Source of the DNA: Alphaproteobacteria bacterium
Lineage (GTDB): Bacteria; Pseudomonadota; Alphaproteobacteria; UBA7887
Direction: 5' to 3'
DNA length: 64,000 nt
NCBI GenBank assembly: GCA_965243325.1
Contig: CBDEUQ010000003.1
Coordinates: 30,508-94,507, forward strand
The notes beneath the pieces were generated by a model. That model saw nothing but the letters and a program-made list of their open reading frames with translations, had not been told where the DNA came from and ran no database searches. The position numbers were made by a program, and so were the translations under genes. Each line of letters begins with the position of its first letter. Position 1 is the first letter of the stretch. This document shows, in pieces, positions 30,050 through 39,676 of this stretch.

Positions 30050-31760
30050 TGTCGAGCCGCCGACCCGGCGGCGCGCGCCGCCGTGCCGTCCCGGACGGCT
30101 CTCTCTTGAGTAACTGACTCACGCCATCGCCAATTCGGCATTTGGCTTTCTCTGGTCACCGGCGGGCTGGATCAATTGGTAGCCGAGGGTCCGAGCCTTG
30201 CGCCGCAGGTTGGCGAGGGTGCGGTCGACGCGCCGTTTCTCGTAGGCCTCCATCCCCTTTTCGACATAGGCCTCGCCCCGCGTCACCATTGTAAAGATCA
30301 GGCAAGCCAGTTCGCGGGCGGTCGCGGTGATCGCGACGGGCGCGTCCTTTCGCGCGAGACGGGCGCGGTGTCTGGCGCCGATGAAGGTCTGGCTCCTTCG
30401 TGCCGACATGGCCGCCATGCGCAGCGCCTGCCCGACGGGGTTGACCGCCTTGTGCGCCCGGCCCGGCAAGGGCTTGCCGCCGCTGATCCGCGTGCCCGGC
30501 GCCACCCCCAGCCAGGAGCAGAAGTGCTGGACGGAGGGGAAGGCGGAGAAGTCCGGGCCGATCTCGGAAGCGATCGTCAGGGCCGTTGCGGGACCGATGG
30601 TCGGGATCGCGGTCAGGTCGACGCCCATCATGTTGGTCAGGGCCACGGTCAACGCCTTGCCGGTCATGGGGTCGCCCACGCCCGGGCGGGGCGTTTCGAG
30701 AGATGCGTCGTCGTCGGCAGGCCCGTCCGGCGGCGTCAGATCGTCGATCTGCGCCGCGATCCGCGCCTCGCAGTCCTCGATCTGCCGGTCGAGGAAGTCG
30801 TAGCGCTGCATGGCCTGCTCCAGGGCGAAGAGATGCTCCTCACGCTAGGTGCCTTCCAGACTGGCCGCGATCCTCTCTTCGCTGGCCTTGATCCGCCGGT
30901 GTCGGAACGATGCCAGACGCTCCGGGTCGCGTTCGCCGTCGACGATCGCCCGCAGGATCTTCATCCCGGTCTGCCCCGTGATGTCGGCGATCACCGAGTC
31001 CAGCCGGACATTCATCTCGGTCAGCGCCTTCTGCATGTGCTGCACGCAGCGCGAGCGGTCTTCGGTCAGGCGCTTCATCTGGCGCACGTAGGAGCGTAGC
31101 GGGCAGACCGCATCGCCGGGACGGAAGGCGCCCCGCAGCAGCCCGTAGGACAGCAACTGCCAGATCCACTGGCAGTCGAGCACGTCGCTCTTGCGCCCGG
31201 CGATCTGCTTCGTCATCCGCGGCGGAACCAGGAGCACCTCGAAGCCGGCGCGCTCCAGCACTTCGTAGACCGGGATCCAGTAGACCGAGGTCGATTCCAT
31301 CGCCACCGTCTTCACCCCGCACGACGATAGCCACTCCGCCATCGCCTGCAGGTCGCGGGTGAAGCCGTCGAACGCCCGCACCGGTTCCGAAGAGCGGGCC
31401 GGATCGACAGCCACGAAGTGGCGGTCCTTGCCGATGTCGATCCCGGCGCAATCCGGGTTCACCACCTTCAGGCGCTGCCGCTTCCTGTTCTTGCGGGCCA
31501 TGCAGGACCCTCCCTCGAACTGCGTTGCGCTGCGGCCGGGGAAGAACCGCACGGCAATTCCCAATCTCTCGAACGAGGTCGCGGCAAGCCGCGCCATCAG
31601 TGACACAAGCCGATCGCGGTCCGGGCCAAGCTCAGAAACGGGTGCCCAAAGAGCACGCCAGTGACGCGACGGCCTCGATTCCCCGGCCGTCGCCACTTCA
31701 CGGAACCGCCGCCGAAGGCACAAGCCCCAGTTACTTTCGCGACTAAGCCGCCGCGACACG
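30050..31760 (-). mobile_element. second IS110-family insertion sequence, unrelated in sequence to the one at 0.6-1.9 kb (approximate ends)
   Basis: Contains an IS110/IS1111-type transposase reading frame in the pip - DUF560 intergenic region. Confidence 0.55.
30119..31501 (-). pseudogene. IS110 family transposase interrupted by a single in-frame TAG at a conserved Trp position
   Basis: The two ORFs 30845..31759 and 30119..30811 are in the same frame. The junction reads ...ASLEGT*REEHLFALEQAMQRYDF...; IS110 transposases have ...LEGxWREEHLF... there. N-part GIDIGKDRHFVAV (DEDD), C-part HFCSWLGVAPGTRISGGKPLPGRAHKA. Confidence 0.7.
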
Positions 31761-31771
31761 GGGGTGGGGGC

Positions 31772-33142
31772 TCAGAACTGCCTGACGAAACTCAGTTCGC
31801 CGCCGGTGCGCTTGTAGTCGTAGAGCTGGGCGTTGGTGTCCCGCTTCTCGTGCACCAGCGCCAGTTGCGGGCTGAAGCCCCGCACCGTGAAGGCGCGGTT
31901 GAGCACCGAGAGCCGCAGCGAGCGCGTGCGGTCCGCGCGTGCCTCCCCTTCGGGGGTGAACGGCGCCCAGTTTCCCTTGTAGTCGGTTCGGCGCAGTTCG
32001 CCGCTGCCGCCGACGGTGAAGCCCCACGGCAGCGCCACCGCGACGCCTGCGCGCACCCACCGGCGCTCGTGTCGCCAGCGCTCCGACTCCGGCCGTTCGC
32101 GGCCCCAGCCGGCGTTGGCGTCCAGGCGCACGGTCGGCGCCGCGATCCAGGCACCGCCGAACGATGCGTCCACGACCGGGCCGTCGAGGTAGGTCCGATC
32201 GCGGTAGCGACGGTCGTGCCACGACGCTCGCGCATGTGCCGTCACACGCCGCCCGAAGCGCCCCGCCGTCTGCAGCCGCACGCCGGCCTCCCGATGGTCG
32301 GGAACGCCGCCCAGCCAGCGCTGGCGGACGCTCGCGAGGACGCTCGCTTCGGCGTTCTCGCCCACGAGCACCCGCGGCCCCGTGTGCAGCGACAGCGACG
32401 TCTGGTCGAAGACGCTGCCGGCGTACTCGCGCCGCGAGGCGTCGGCGCCGGCGCGCAGCCGCGTGCGCTCGCCCAGCGGGTGCTGGTATTCGCCGCCGCC
32501 CCACACCGAGACGCCGATGCCCGAGGTCGTGAGGTCCTCGGCGTCGCGCTGGAACGGCAGGCCCTGAATGTAGATCGTGCGTTCGGACGACGCGGCGCCG
32601 ATGTTGGTGTCGGGCGCCAGCGCCGCGCCGACGTACAGGCTCCAGCGCCGCCGCGCGCGGATTTCGCCGAGGAAACGACGCACGTTGGCGGTCACCGCCG
32701 GTGGCGGGTCGCCGGCCAGCACGCGTTCGAAATGCCGCCGCGCGAGGCGGTCCTCGCCCTTGAGGAAGAACGCGCGGGCGAGCTCCAGGCGCACGCGCAC
32801 GAGTTCCGGCCGATTCACCAGCATGGCGCGAAACGCCTCGATGGCCTCGTCCAACAGCGCTTCGCGCTCAGCGTCGTCGCCGGTCGTCCGCCTCGACATC
32901 TCGACCGCCGACAGGCCGAAGAAGAACAGCGCGTCCGCCGCAACGGCCTCGCCCTCCAGCAGCGGCCGCAGCACGGCGAGCGCCTCGTCGAAACGCCCCT
33001 CCTCGATCAGCGCCCGCGCTTCCGCGATGCCGGAAGCGGACGCCTCGGGAGGCGGCGGGGCGTGCTCGTCGCCCGCCGCCGGGACGGCGAGCGCGAGCAA
33101 AACGAAAGCCGCGAAAACGCGGCCTGGGATATTCGAGAACAT
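31772..33142 (-). CDS. DUF560 / Slam-like outer-membrane beta-barrel protein with N-terminal TPR region
   Basis: Signal peptide, TPR-like helical region, then a beta-rich C-terminal half ending in ...YDYKRTGGELSFVRQF (C-terminal Phe typical of OM barrels). This architecture matches surface-lipoprotein assembly modulator (DUF560) proteins. Confidence 0.5.
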   Translation of the reverse strand: MFSNIPGRVFAAFVLLALAVPAAGDEHAPPPPEASASGIAEARALIEEGRFDEALAVLRPLLEGEAVAADALFFFGLSAVEMSRRTTGDDAEREALLDEAIEAFRAMLVNRPELVRVRLELARAFFLKGEDRLARRHFERVLAGDPPPAVTANVRRFLGEIRARRRWSLYVGAALAPDTNIGAASSERTIYIQGLPFQRDAEDLTTSGIGVSVWGGGEYQHPLGERTRLRAGADASRREYAGSVFDQTSLSLHTGPRVLVGENAEASVLASVRQRWLGGVPDHREAGVRLQTAGRFGRRVTAHARASWHDRRYRDRTYLDGPVVDASFGGAWIAAPTVRLDANAGWGRERPESERWRHERRWVRAGVAVALPWGFTVGGSGELRRTDYKGNWAPFTPEGEARADRTRSLRLSVLNRAFTVRGFSPQLALVHEKRDTNAQLYDYKRTGGELSFVRQF

Positions 33143-33261
33143 GCTTCACACTCGCACACGTCGCGCGGCCGGACAAAGAAAAAAGACCGGTGGAAGACAC
33201 GGCCCGCAGGCTGGATTTCGCGCCGTCCGGCGGTGTATGGAGCGCGGCGAACGGGGGGAGC

Positions 33262-34623
33262 ATGTTCGACAGCGTGCTGATCGCCAACCGCGGCGAAATC
33301 GCCTGCCGCATCGCCCGCGCGTGCCGGGAGCTGGGCCTGCGCAGCGTCGCGGTCCACTCCGACGTCGACGCCGGCGCGCTCCACGTCGCCGTGGCCGACG
33401 CCGCGGAGCCGATCGGACCGGCGGACCCGCGCCGGAGCTATCTCGACGCCGACGCGCTGCTCGCCGCCGCCGAGCGCTCGGGCGCCGGCGCCGTCCACCC
33501 CGGATACGGGTTTCTCGCCGAGAACGCCGCGTTCGCACAGTGCGTCGAGGAGGCGGGCCTGGCGTGGGTCGGGCCCGCTCCCGAGACCATCGCCGACATG
33601 GGCGACAAGGCCCGCGCCCGCAGCATCGCCGCGGCCGCCGGCGTGCCCGTGCTGCCGGGGAGCGCGCGCCTGCCCGCCGGTGCGCCCGCCGATGCGGGCG
33701 CGGCGGCCGCCGCCGTCGGCTACCCGCTGCTGGTCAAGGCCGCCGGCGGCGGCGGCGGCATCGGCATGCGCCGGGTCGACGAGGCGGCCGCGCTCGACGC
33801 CGCGACGGCCGCCACGCAGGCGCTGGCCGCGCGCGCGTTCGGCGACGGCACGGTCTATCTCGAACGCCTGGTCGCGCCGGCGCGCCACGTCGAGATCCAG
33901 GTGTTCGGGTTCGGCGACGGCCGTGCGGCGCACGTGTTCGAGCGCGACTGCTCGATCCAGCGCCGCTTCCAGAAGATCGTCGAGGAGGCGCCGGCGCCGG
34001 CGCTGGACGCCGGCGTGCGCCGGGCGATGGCCGATGCGGCGCTCGCGCTCGCCCGCGCCGTGCGCTACCGCGGCGCCGGCACCGTGGAGTTCGTCGTCGG
34101 CGAGGACGGCGGCTTCTTCTTCCTCGAGATGAACACGCGCATACAGGTCGAGCACCCGGTGAGCGAGATGCTGACCGGCATCGATCTCGTCGGCTGCCAG
34201 CTCCGGCTCGCCCGCGGCGACGCGCTCGACGATCTCGATGGCGGCGCCGTCCGCGTCTCGGGCCATGCGATCGAATGCCGCCTCTACGCCGAGCGTCCGG
34301 CGAAACGCTTTCTGCCGTCGCCGGGGCGCATCGACGCTTTGTGCTGGCCGGAGGCGCACGCCGATCTCCGCATCGACACCGGCGTGCGCGCGGGCGACGC
34401 GGTGACGCCGCACTACGACCCGCTGCTCGCCAAGCTGGTCGCCCGCGGGCCGTCGCGCGCCGCCGCGCTCGCGCGCATGGCGCGGGCGCTCGACGACACG
34501 CGCATCGAAGGCCTCTCGACCAACCGCGACTTTCTCCGGCGGCTCGTGGCGCACCCGCGCTTCCGCGCCGGCCGGATTTCAACCGGCTTCGTCGACGCGC
34601 ACCTCGCCGAACTTGTCGGATAG
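33262..34623 (+). CDS. biotin carboxylase (ATP-grasp) domain protein, stand-alone
   Basis: MFDSVLIANRGEIACRIARAC..., ...GGGGIGMRRV..., ...FLEMNTRIQVEHPVSE... are AccC-type motifs. No BCCP or carboxyltransferase neighbour. Confidence 0.8.
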   Translation: MFDSVLIANRGEIACRIARACRELGLRSVAVHSDVDAGALHVAVADAAEPIGPADPRRSYLDADALLAAAERSGAGAVHPGYGFLAENAAFAQCVEEAGLAWVGPAPETIADMGDKARARSIAAAAGVPVLPGSARLPAGAPADAGAAAAAVGYPLLVKAAGGGGGIGMRRVDEAAALDAATAATQALAARAFGDGTVYLERLVAPARHVEIQVFGFGDGRAAHVFERDCSIQRRFQKIVEEAPAPALDAGVRRAMADAALALARAVRYRGAGTVEFVVGEDGGFFFLEMNTRIQVEHPVSEMLTGIDLVGCQLRLARGDALDDLDGGAVRVSGHAIECRLYAERPAKRFLPSPGRIDALCWPEAHADLRIDTGVRAGDAVTPHYDPLLAKLVARGPSRAAALARMARALDDTRIEGLSTNRDFLRRLVAHPRFRAGRISTGFVDAHLAELVG

Positions 34624-35367
34624 GCGCCCGGCGTCGAGCCAGGCGGCCGCCGCCGCCGTGTCGGCGGCGTGCGGCGGGCCGGGCGGCGGCGGCCGGTCGA
34701 TCATCAGCACCGGCAGGCCGAGCGCCCGCGCCGCCGCGATCTTGGCGTAGCCGGCGCGGCCGCCGGCGTTCTTCGAAACCACCAGATCGATGCCTTCGCG
34801 GCGCAGCAGCGCCGTCTCCCCGGCCTCGTCGAACGGGCCGCGGTCGACGACGACCCTGGCCCTCGGCAGCACCGTCTCGGCCGGCGGCTCGAAGACGCGC
34901 ACCACCGCGCTGCCGCGCAGCCGGCCGGCGAACGGCGCCAGGCTCTGGCGGCCGACCGCGAGCAGCGGCCGCTCGCCGAGCGCGGCGACGCGCCCGGCCG
35001 CCGCCTCGACATCGGCGACGACGGTCCAGCGGTCGCCGGCGACCGGCCGCCACGGCGGGCGCACCAGCGCCAGGCGCGGGACGCCGAGCCGCTCGCACGC
35101 GGCCCCGGCGTTGGCCGAGATCGCCGCCGCGAACGGGTGCGTGGCGTCGATCACGGCGTCGACCGCGTGGTCGGCGAGCCAGCGCGCCAGCCCGTCGACG
35201 CCGCCGAAGCCGCCGACGCGCAAGCCCCCGGCGGGCCGCGCCGGCCGCCGCGTGCGCCCGGCCAGCGAGGTGACGACCTCGAGGCCGGGGCGTGCGGCCA
35301 GCGCCGCGGCGAGGGCGCGCGCCTCGGCCGTGCCGCCGAGAATGAGCAGTCGGAACCGCGGGCGCAC
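34579..35367 (-). CDS. cobK: precorrin-6A / cobalt-precorrin-6A reductase
   Basis: LILGGTAEARALAAALA...VVTSLAGRT...GGFGG...DAVIDATHPFA are CobK/CbiJ motifs. The 3' end overlaps the convergent biotin-carboxylase gene by about 45 nt. Confidence 0.75.
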   Translation of the reverse strand: MRPRFRLLILGGTAEARALAAALAARPGLEVVTSLAGRTRRPARPAGGLRVGGFGGVDGLARWLADHAVDAVIDATHPFAAAISANAGAACERLGVPRLALVRPPWRPVAGDRWTVVADVEAAAGRVAALGERPLLAVGRQSLAPFAGRLRGSAVVRVFEPPAETVLPRARVVVDRGPFDEAGETALLRREGIDLVVSKNAGGRAGYAKIAAARALGLPVLMIDRPPPPGPPHAADTAAAAAWLDAGRLSDKFGEVRVDEAG

Positions 35368-35380
35368 GGCGCGCCGTCCC

Positions 35381-36589
35381 TCAGACGCCGGCGACCATGC
35401 GGCCGGGGTTGAGCACCCCCTTGGGGTCGAACTGGCGCTTGACCCGCGCCGACAGCGCCGCCAGCGGCTCCGGCTGCGGCTCGAACACGGGCACCCGGGC
35501 GCGCACCGCGTCGGGCGCGCGCACCAGCGTGGCGTGGCCGCGGCCGGCGACGGCGCCGCGAATCGCCGCCGCGCCGGCGTCGCCGTCCGCCGGCACCGAG
35601 AGCCAGATCAGGCCGCCCGCCCAGTCGAAGTAGCAGCGCCCGCCGCACGCCCGGGCCACCGCCGCCGCCGCTGCCGGCGCCGTCGACAGGCGCCAGACCG
35701 CGCGGTCGCGCGGTTCCGCGAGCAGCGCCGCGTCGCCGATCTCCCGCCACAGGACGGCGGAGTTGCGGCGGTGCAGCTCGTCGACGTCGCCGCGCCGCCC
35801 GAGCATGTCGCGGAGGCGCGCGCAGCGCGCGAGCACCGAGGACTCCGGGCCCTCGAGGCGCGCCGCGGTCACCGCAGCCGCGGCGTCGCCGACGCGCTCG
35901 ACGGCGGAGCGCGCCGCAACCTCCGCCGGCAGGTGCGCGAGGCCCGTGGCTTCGAGCGACGAGCGCGCCACCTCGCCGAGCGCGGCGAGGCCGTCTTCCG
36001 GCCCAAGTCCGAAGACCAGGACGGTGCGCGTCTTCTCCGGCGCCGGCAGCACCTTGAGCGTCACGTCGGTGAGCACGCCGAGGGTCCCGTACGAGCCGGC
36101 GAGCAGCTTGCACAGGTCGTAGCCCGACACGTTCTTGACCACCTTGCCGCCGGTCTTGAACGACTCGCCGCGGCCGTTGACCGCGCGCGCGCCGAGCAGG
36201 TGGTCGCGCGCCGCTCCGGCCTTGAAGCGCCGCGGTCCGGACAGGTTGCAGGCGAGCGTGCCGCCGATCGTCGCCGCGCCCGCCGGGGCGCCGAACAGCG
36301 GCCCGAGGTCGGGGGGCTCGAAGGCGAGATGCTGGTCTTCCGCCGCCAGCGCCGCGGCGATGTCGGCGACGCGCGTGCCGGCCCGGGCGCTGAGCGCGAG
36401 CTCCGCCGGTTCGTATTCGGCGATGCCGGCGAGGCCGTCGAGCGCCAGCTGCGCCGGCAGGTTGCCCGGCCGGCCGAGACCCCGCTTGCTCGCCGCGCCG
36501 GCGACTTCGAGCGGAGTCCCCTCCGTCGCCGCCCACGCCACGATGTCGCGGACATGGTCGTCCTCGGTGGGCCGGAAGCGCGACGCCAT
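35381..36589 (-). CDS. glcE: glycolate oxidase FAD-binding subunit GlcE
   Basis: FAD-binding PCMH-type domain (…GGKVVKNVSGYDLCKLLAGSYGTLGV...); ATGA overlap with glcD. Confidence 0.8.
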   Translation of the reverse strand: MASRFRPTEDDHVRDIVAWAATEGTPLEVAGAASKRGLGRPGNLPAQLALDGLAGIAEYEPAELALSARAGTRVADIAAALAAEDQHLAFEPPDLGPLFGAPAGAATIGGTLACNLSGPRRFKAGAARDHLLGARAVNGRGESFKTGGKVVKNVSGYDLCKLLAGSYGTLGVLTDVTLKVLPAPEKTRTVLVFGLGPEDGLAALGEVARSSLEATGLAHLPAEVAARSAVERVGDAAAAVTAARLEGPESSVLARCARLRDMLGRRGDVDELHRRNSAVLWREIGDAALLAEPRDRAVWRLSTAPAAAAAVARACGGRCYFDWAGGLIWLSVPADGDAGAAAIRGAVAGRGHATLVRAPDAVRARVPVFEPQPEPLAALSARVKRQFDPKGVLNPGRMVAGV

Positions 36590-38076
36590 CAGAACCGCGG
36601 CAGGTCGGGGAACCGCACCTTTCCGCGGTGCACGTGCACGCGCCCGAGCTCGGCGCAGCGGTGCAGTTCGGGAAACAGCTTGCCGGGGTTGAGCAGTCCG
36701 CCCGGATCGAAGGCGCACTTGAGGCGCTGCTGCTGGTTGAGATCGACGTCGTTGAACATCGCTCCCATCAGGTCGCGCTTCTCGACGCCGATTCCGTGCT
36801 CCCCCGACAGCACGCCGCCGACCTCGACGCAGAGCCTGAGGATGTCGGCGCCGAACGCCTCCGCCGTCTCCAGCTCGCCCGGGACGTTGGCGTCGTAGAG
36901 GATCAGCGGGTGCAGGTTGCCGTCGCCGGCGTGGAACACGTTGGCGACGGCGAGGCCGTGGCGGTCCGAAAGCTCGCTCATCCGCCGCAGCACCTCGGGC
37001 AGCCGCGCCCGCGGGATCGTGCCGTCCATGCAGTAGTAGTCGGGAGAGATGCGCCCCACCGCCGGGAACGCCGACTTGCGCCCCAGCCAGAAGCGCAGCC
37101 GCTCCTCCTCGCTCTCGCTGGCCCGCGCCGAGACGGCGCCGCAGCCCTGCGCGATTTCGTCCACCCGCGCCAGCAGTTCGTCGACCTCCACCGCCGGGCC
37201 GTCGAGCTCGACGATCAGGAGCGATTCCACGTCGAGCGGATAGCCGGCGCCGCAGAACGCCTCCGCCGCGTGAATCGCCGCCCGGTCCATCATCTCCATG
37301 CCGGCGGGAATGATGCCGGCGGCGATGACCCGGGCCACGCAGTCGCCGCCCGCCTCGACGGTGGGGAAGCCGATCAGCAGCGCCCGCGCCGTCTCCGGCT
37401 TCGGCAGGATGCGGACGGTGACTTCGGTGATCACCCCGAGCAGCCCCTCGGAGCCGGTCAGCACGCCCATCAGGTCGTAGCCTTCCGAGTCCATGTGCCG
37501 GCCGCCGACGCGGACCACCGAGCCGTCGATCAGCACGATCTCCAGGCCGAGGATGTTGTTCGTGGTGACGCCGTACTTCAGGCAGTGCACGCCGCCGGAG
37601 TTCTCCGCCACGTTGCCGCCGATCGAGCAGGCGATCTGGCTCGACGGATCCGGCGCGTAGTAGAAGCCCTCGGCCGCCACCGCCTCGCTGATCGCGAGGT
37701 TCGTCACCCCCGGCTGCACCACGGCGCAGCGGTTCGCATAGTCGATGTCGAGCACGCGGTTGAGCTTGGTGAGCGCGAGGCTCACCCCGTCGGCGAGCGG
37801 CAGGGCGCCGCCGGACAGGCCGGTGCCGGCGCCGCGCGGCACCACCTTGACGCCCATCTCGGCGCACGCGGCCATCACCTCCGACACCTGCGCCGTCGAC
37901 TCCGGCAGGGCGACGACCAGCGGCATGGCGCTGTACGCCGTCAGCCCGTCGGTGTCGAACGCCCGCAGCCCGTCCGTGTCGTCGACCACGTTCTCGGCCG
38001 GCAGGATCGCGCGCAGCCGCGCGACGAGACGCGCGCGGTCCGCGATCACCGCCGCGTCGGGTTCGGGCATGCGCAT
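36589..38076 (-). CDS. glcD: glycolate oxidase subunit GlcD (FAD-linked oxidase)
   Basis: 495 aa; VVPRGAGTGLSGGALP FAD-binding motif and FAD-linked oxidase C-terminal domain. Confidence 0.85.
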   Translation of the reverse strand: MRMPEPDAAVIADRARLVARLRAILPAENVVDDTDGLRAFDTDGLTAYSAMPLVVALPESTAQVSEVMAACAEMGVKVVPRGAGTGLSGGALPLADGVSLALTKLNRVLDIDYANRCAVVQPGVTNLAISEAVAAEGFYYAPDPSSQIACSIGGNVAENSGGVHCLKYGVTTNNILGLEIVLIDGSVVRVGGRHMDSEGYDLMGVLTGSEGLLGVITEVTVRILPKPETARALLIGFPTVEAGGDCVARVIAAGIIPAGMEMMDRAAIHAAEAFCGAGYPLDVESLLIVELDGPAVEVDELLARVDEIAQGCGAVSARASESEEERLRFWLGRKSAFPAVGRISPDYYCMDGTIPRARLPEVLRRMSELSDRHGLAVANVFHAGDGNLHPLILYDANVPGELETAEAFGADILRLCVEVGGVLSGEHGIGVEKRDLMGAMFNDVDLNQQQRLKCAFDPGGLLNPGKLFPELHRCAELGRVHVHRGKVRFPDLPRF

Positions 38077-38147
38077 GGCGTCACCTCCCGCCGCGCAGTG
38101 TGCGGCGGCGGCGCGGCGGGGTCAAACCCCCGGTCGGCTCCCGGGTG

Positions 38148-38273
38148 TCAGCTCTGGCGCGCCTTGAAGCGCGGATTGGTCTTGTTGATGACGTAGAGCC
38201 GGCCCTTGCGCCGCACGATGCGGCAGTCCCGATGCCGGCCCTTGGCCGACTTGAGCGATTTCAGCACTTTCAT
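38148..38273 (-). CDS. rpmJ: 50S ribosomal protein L36
   Basis: [41 protein letters not shown]; 41-aa single-Cys L36 type. Not in the ORF track because it is under 60 aa. Confidence 0.85.
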   Translation of the reverse strand: MKVLKSLKSAKGRHRDCRIVRRKGRLYVINKTNPRFKARQS

Positions 38274-38336
38274 GGCGCGGTTCCGCGTCTCGGAGGGCGA
38301 ACGTGGGCGGACGCATACGCGGGCCGGCGGCGCGTG

Positions 38337-38696
38337 TCAATCCGCCGGGCCGACCAGGGCGTTCGGCTCGCAGTACTCCAGCGACGTGAGCGCCAGGGCG
38401 AGGATCTCCTCGCACAGCGCCGCCGCCTGTTCCGCGTCGCGCCAGCCCGGCCAGTCGAAGACCCGGACGCGGAAGCGCTCGAACTCCTCGCCCGGTTCCA
38501 GGCCCGCGCCCGCCAGCGTTTCGAGAAGGACGGCCTCCTCCTGCACGTCGGGCCAGCGGTGAAAGCCGAGGATCACCCCCTTCGCCGGGGGGTTGTTCGC
38601 GTCGAAGTCGGGAAGCGGTTCCGCGGCGACGTTCGGCCGCTCGCCGCACGACGAGAGGGCGAGGACGGCGGCGACGGCGAGGCTTCTTGCGATCAT
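38337..38696 (-). CDS. small lipoprotein, hypothetical
   Basis: MIARSLAVAAVLALSSCG lipobox; start overlaps the cobD stop (ATGA). Confidence 0.5.
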   Translation of the reverse strand: MIARSLAVAAVLALSSCGERPNVAAEPLPDFDANNPPAKGVILGFHRWPDVQEEAVLLETLAGAGLEPGEEFERFRVRVFDWPGWRDAEQAAALCEEILALALTSLEYCEPNALVGPAD

Positions 38697-39676
38697 GGCG
38701 CCCCCCCGGCGCATGCGGCGAGGCGCGCCTCGTCCGCGCCGGGAAGGCCGAAGCGCAGCAGCGCCGGGCGGTCGGCGAAGCGGCGGACGTAGATGCCGCG
38801 CCCGCCGAGGCGCTCGAACAGGCCGCCCGGCGCGCGGACGAGTCGGAACAGCGGCGTGCCGCCGGCCGGCGCGCAGCCGAGCGCGGCGAGAATGCCGTCC
38901 AGCCGCCGCGCCGCCTCCCGTAGCCGCACCCGCGCCGCCTTGCGCCACGCCAGGTCGGCGAGCGCCGCCGTGCCCGCCGCCAGCGCCGGGCCGCTCACCG
39001 GCCACGGGCCGAGCGCGCGGCACAGGCGCGCCGCCGTCTCGGGCGCCGCCAGCGCGAAGCCGAGCCTGAGCCCCGGCAGGCCGTAGAACTTGCCGAACGA
39101 GCGAAGAACGACGACGCCGGCGGGGAGGGGGCGCAGGCATGCCTCCGGCACCGCGTCGGCGAACGATTCGTCGATCACCAGCCGGCCGCCGGCGGGCACC
39201 CATTCGCGCAGCCGCTCGGGCGGCACGACGCGCCCGTCCGGGTTGTTCGGATTGGTCACGACGACCACGGCGGCGTCGCTGCGCGGGGCGTCCGTCGTCT
39301 CCGCCACCTCGTGCCCGGCGTCGCGCCAGGCGGCGGCGTGGCCGCCGTACGTCGGGCCGACGATGGCGACACGCCCCGGCGGCTGCAGGCGCGCGAGCAG
39401 GTGGATCGCCGCCTGCGCCCCCGGTGCGGCGGCGACCTGCTCCGGCCCTTCGACGCCGTAGGCGGCGGCGGCGGCGGCGCGGAGCGCGTCGAGGTCCGCC
39501 GCCGACGGCAGGCGGCGAAGCGATGCCGCGGCGACCGGCGGCGCCGGCCACGGATAGGGGCTCACCCCCGTCGACAGGTCCAGCCACTTGCCGGCGAAGC
39601 CGGGGAAGCGCGCCCGCGCCCAGTCGAGGTCGCCGCCGTGCTCCGGCGCCTCCGCCTGCGGCGGCCGGCGGCTCAT
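38693..39676 (-). CDS. cobD: threonine-phosphate decarboxylase / CobC-type class I/II aminotransferase (cobalamin biosynthesis)
   Basis: …HGGDL..., ...VVVTNPNNPDGR..., PLP-lysine region SFGKFYGLPGLRLG; start overlaps the dctM stop (ATGA). Confidence 0.7.
   Translation of the reverse strand: MSRRPPQAEAPEHGGDLDWARARFPGFAGKWLDLSTGVSPYPWPAPPVAAASLRRLPSAADLDALRAAAAAAYGVEGPEQVAAAPGAQAAIHLLARLQPPGRVAIVGPTYGGHAAAWRDAGHEVAETTDAPRSDAAVVVVTNPNNPDGRVVPPERLREWVPAGGRLVIDESFADAVPEACLRPLPAGVVVLRSFGKFYGLPGLRLGFALAAPETAARLCRALGPWPVSGPALAAGTAALADLAWRKAARVRLREAARRLDGILAALGCAPAGGTPLFRLVRAPGGLFERLGGRGIYVRRFADRPALLRFGLPGADEARLAACAGGAP

Noticed and set aside
30811-30845. Programmed frameshift joining the two IS110 transposase ORFs
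   Set aside because: The two parts are in the same frame, separated by a single TAG replacing a conserved Trp codon. A nonsense mutation explains it without recoding.
26565-38273. Cys-less L31 (rpmE) and single-Cys L36 (rpmJ) as zinc-limitation paralogs
   Set aside because: These non-zinc-ribbon forms appear to be the normal sole copies in many Alphaproteobacteria. No Zur box or second paralog is visible in the window.
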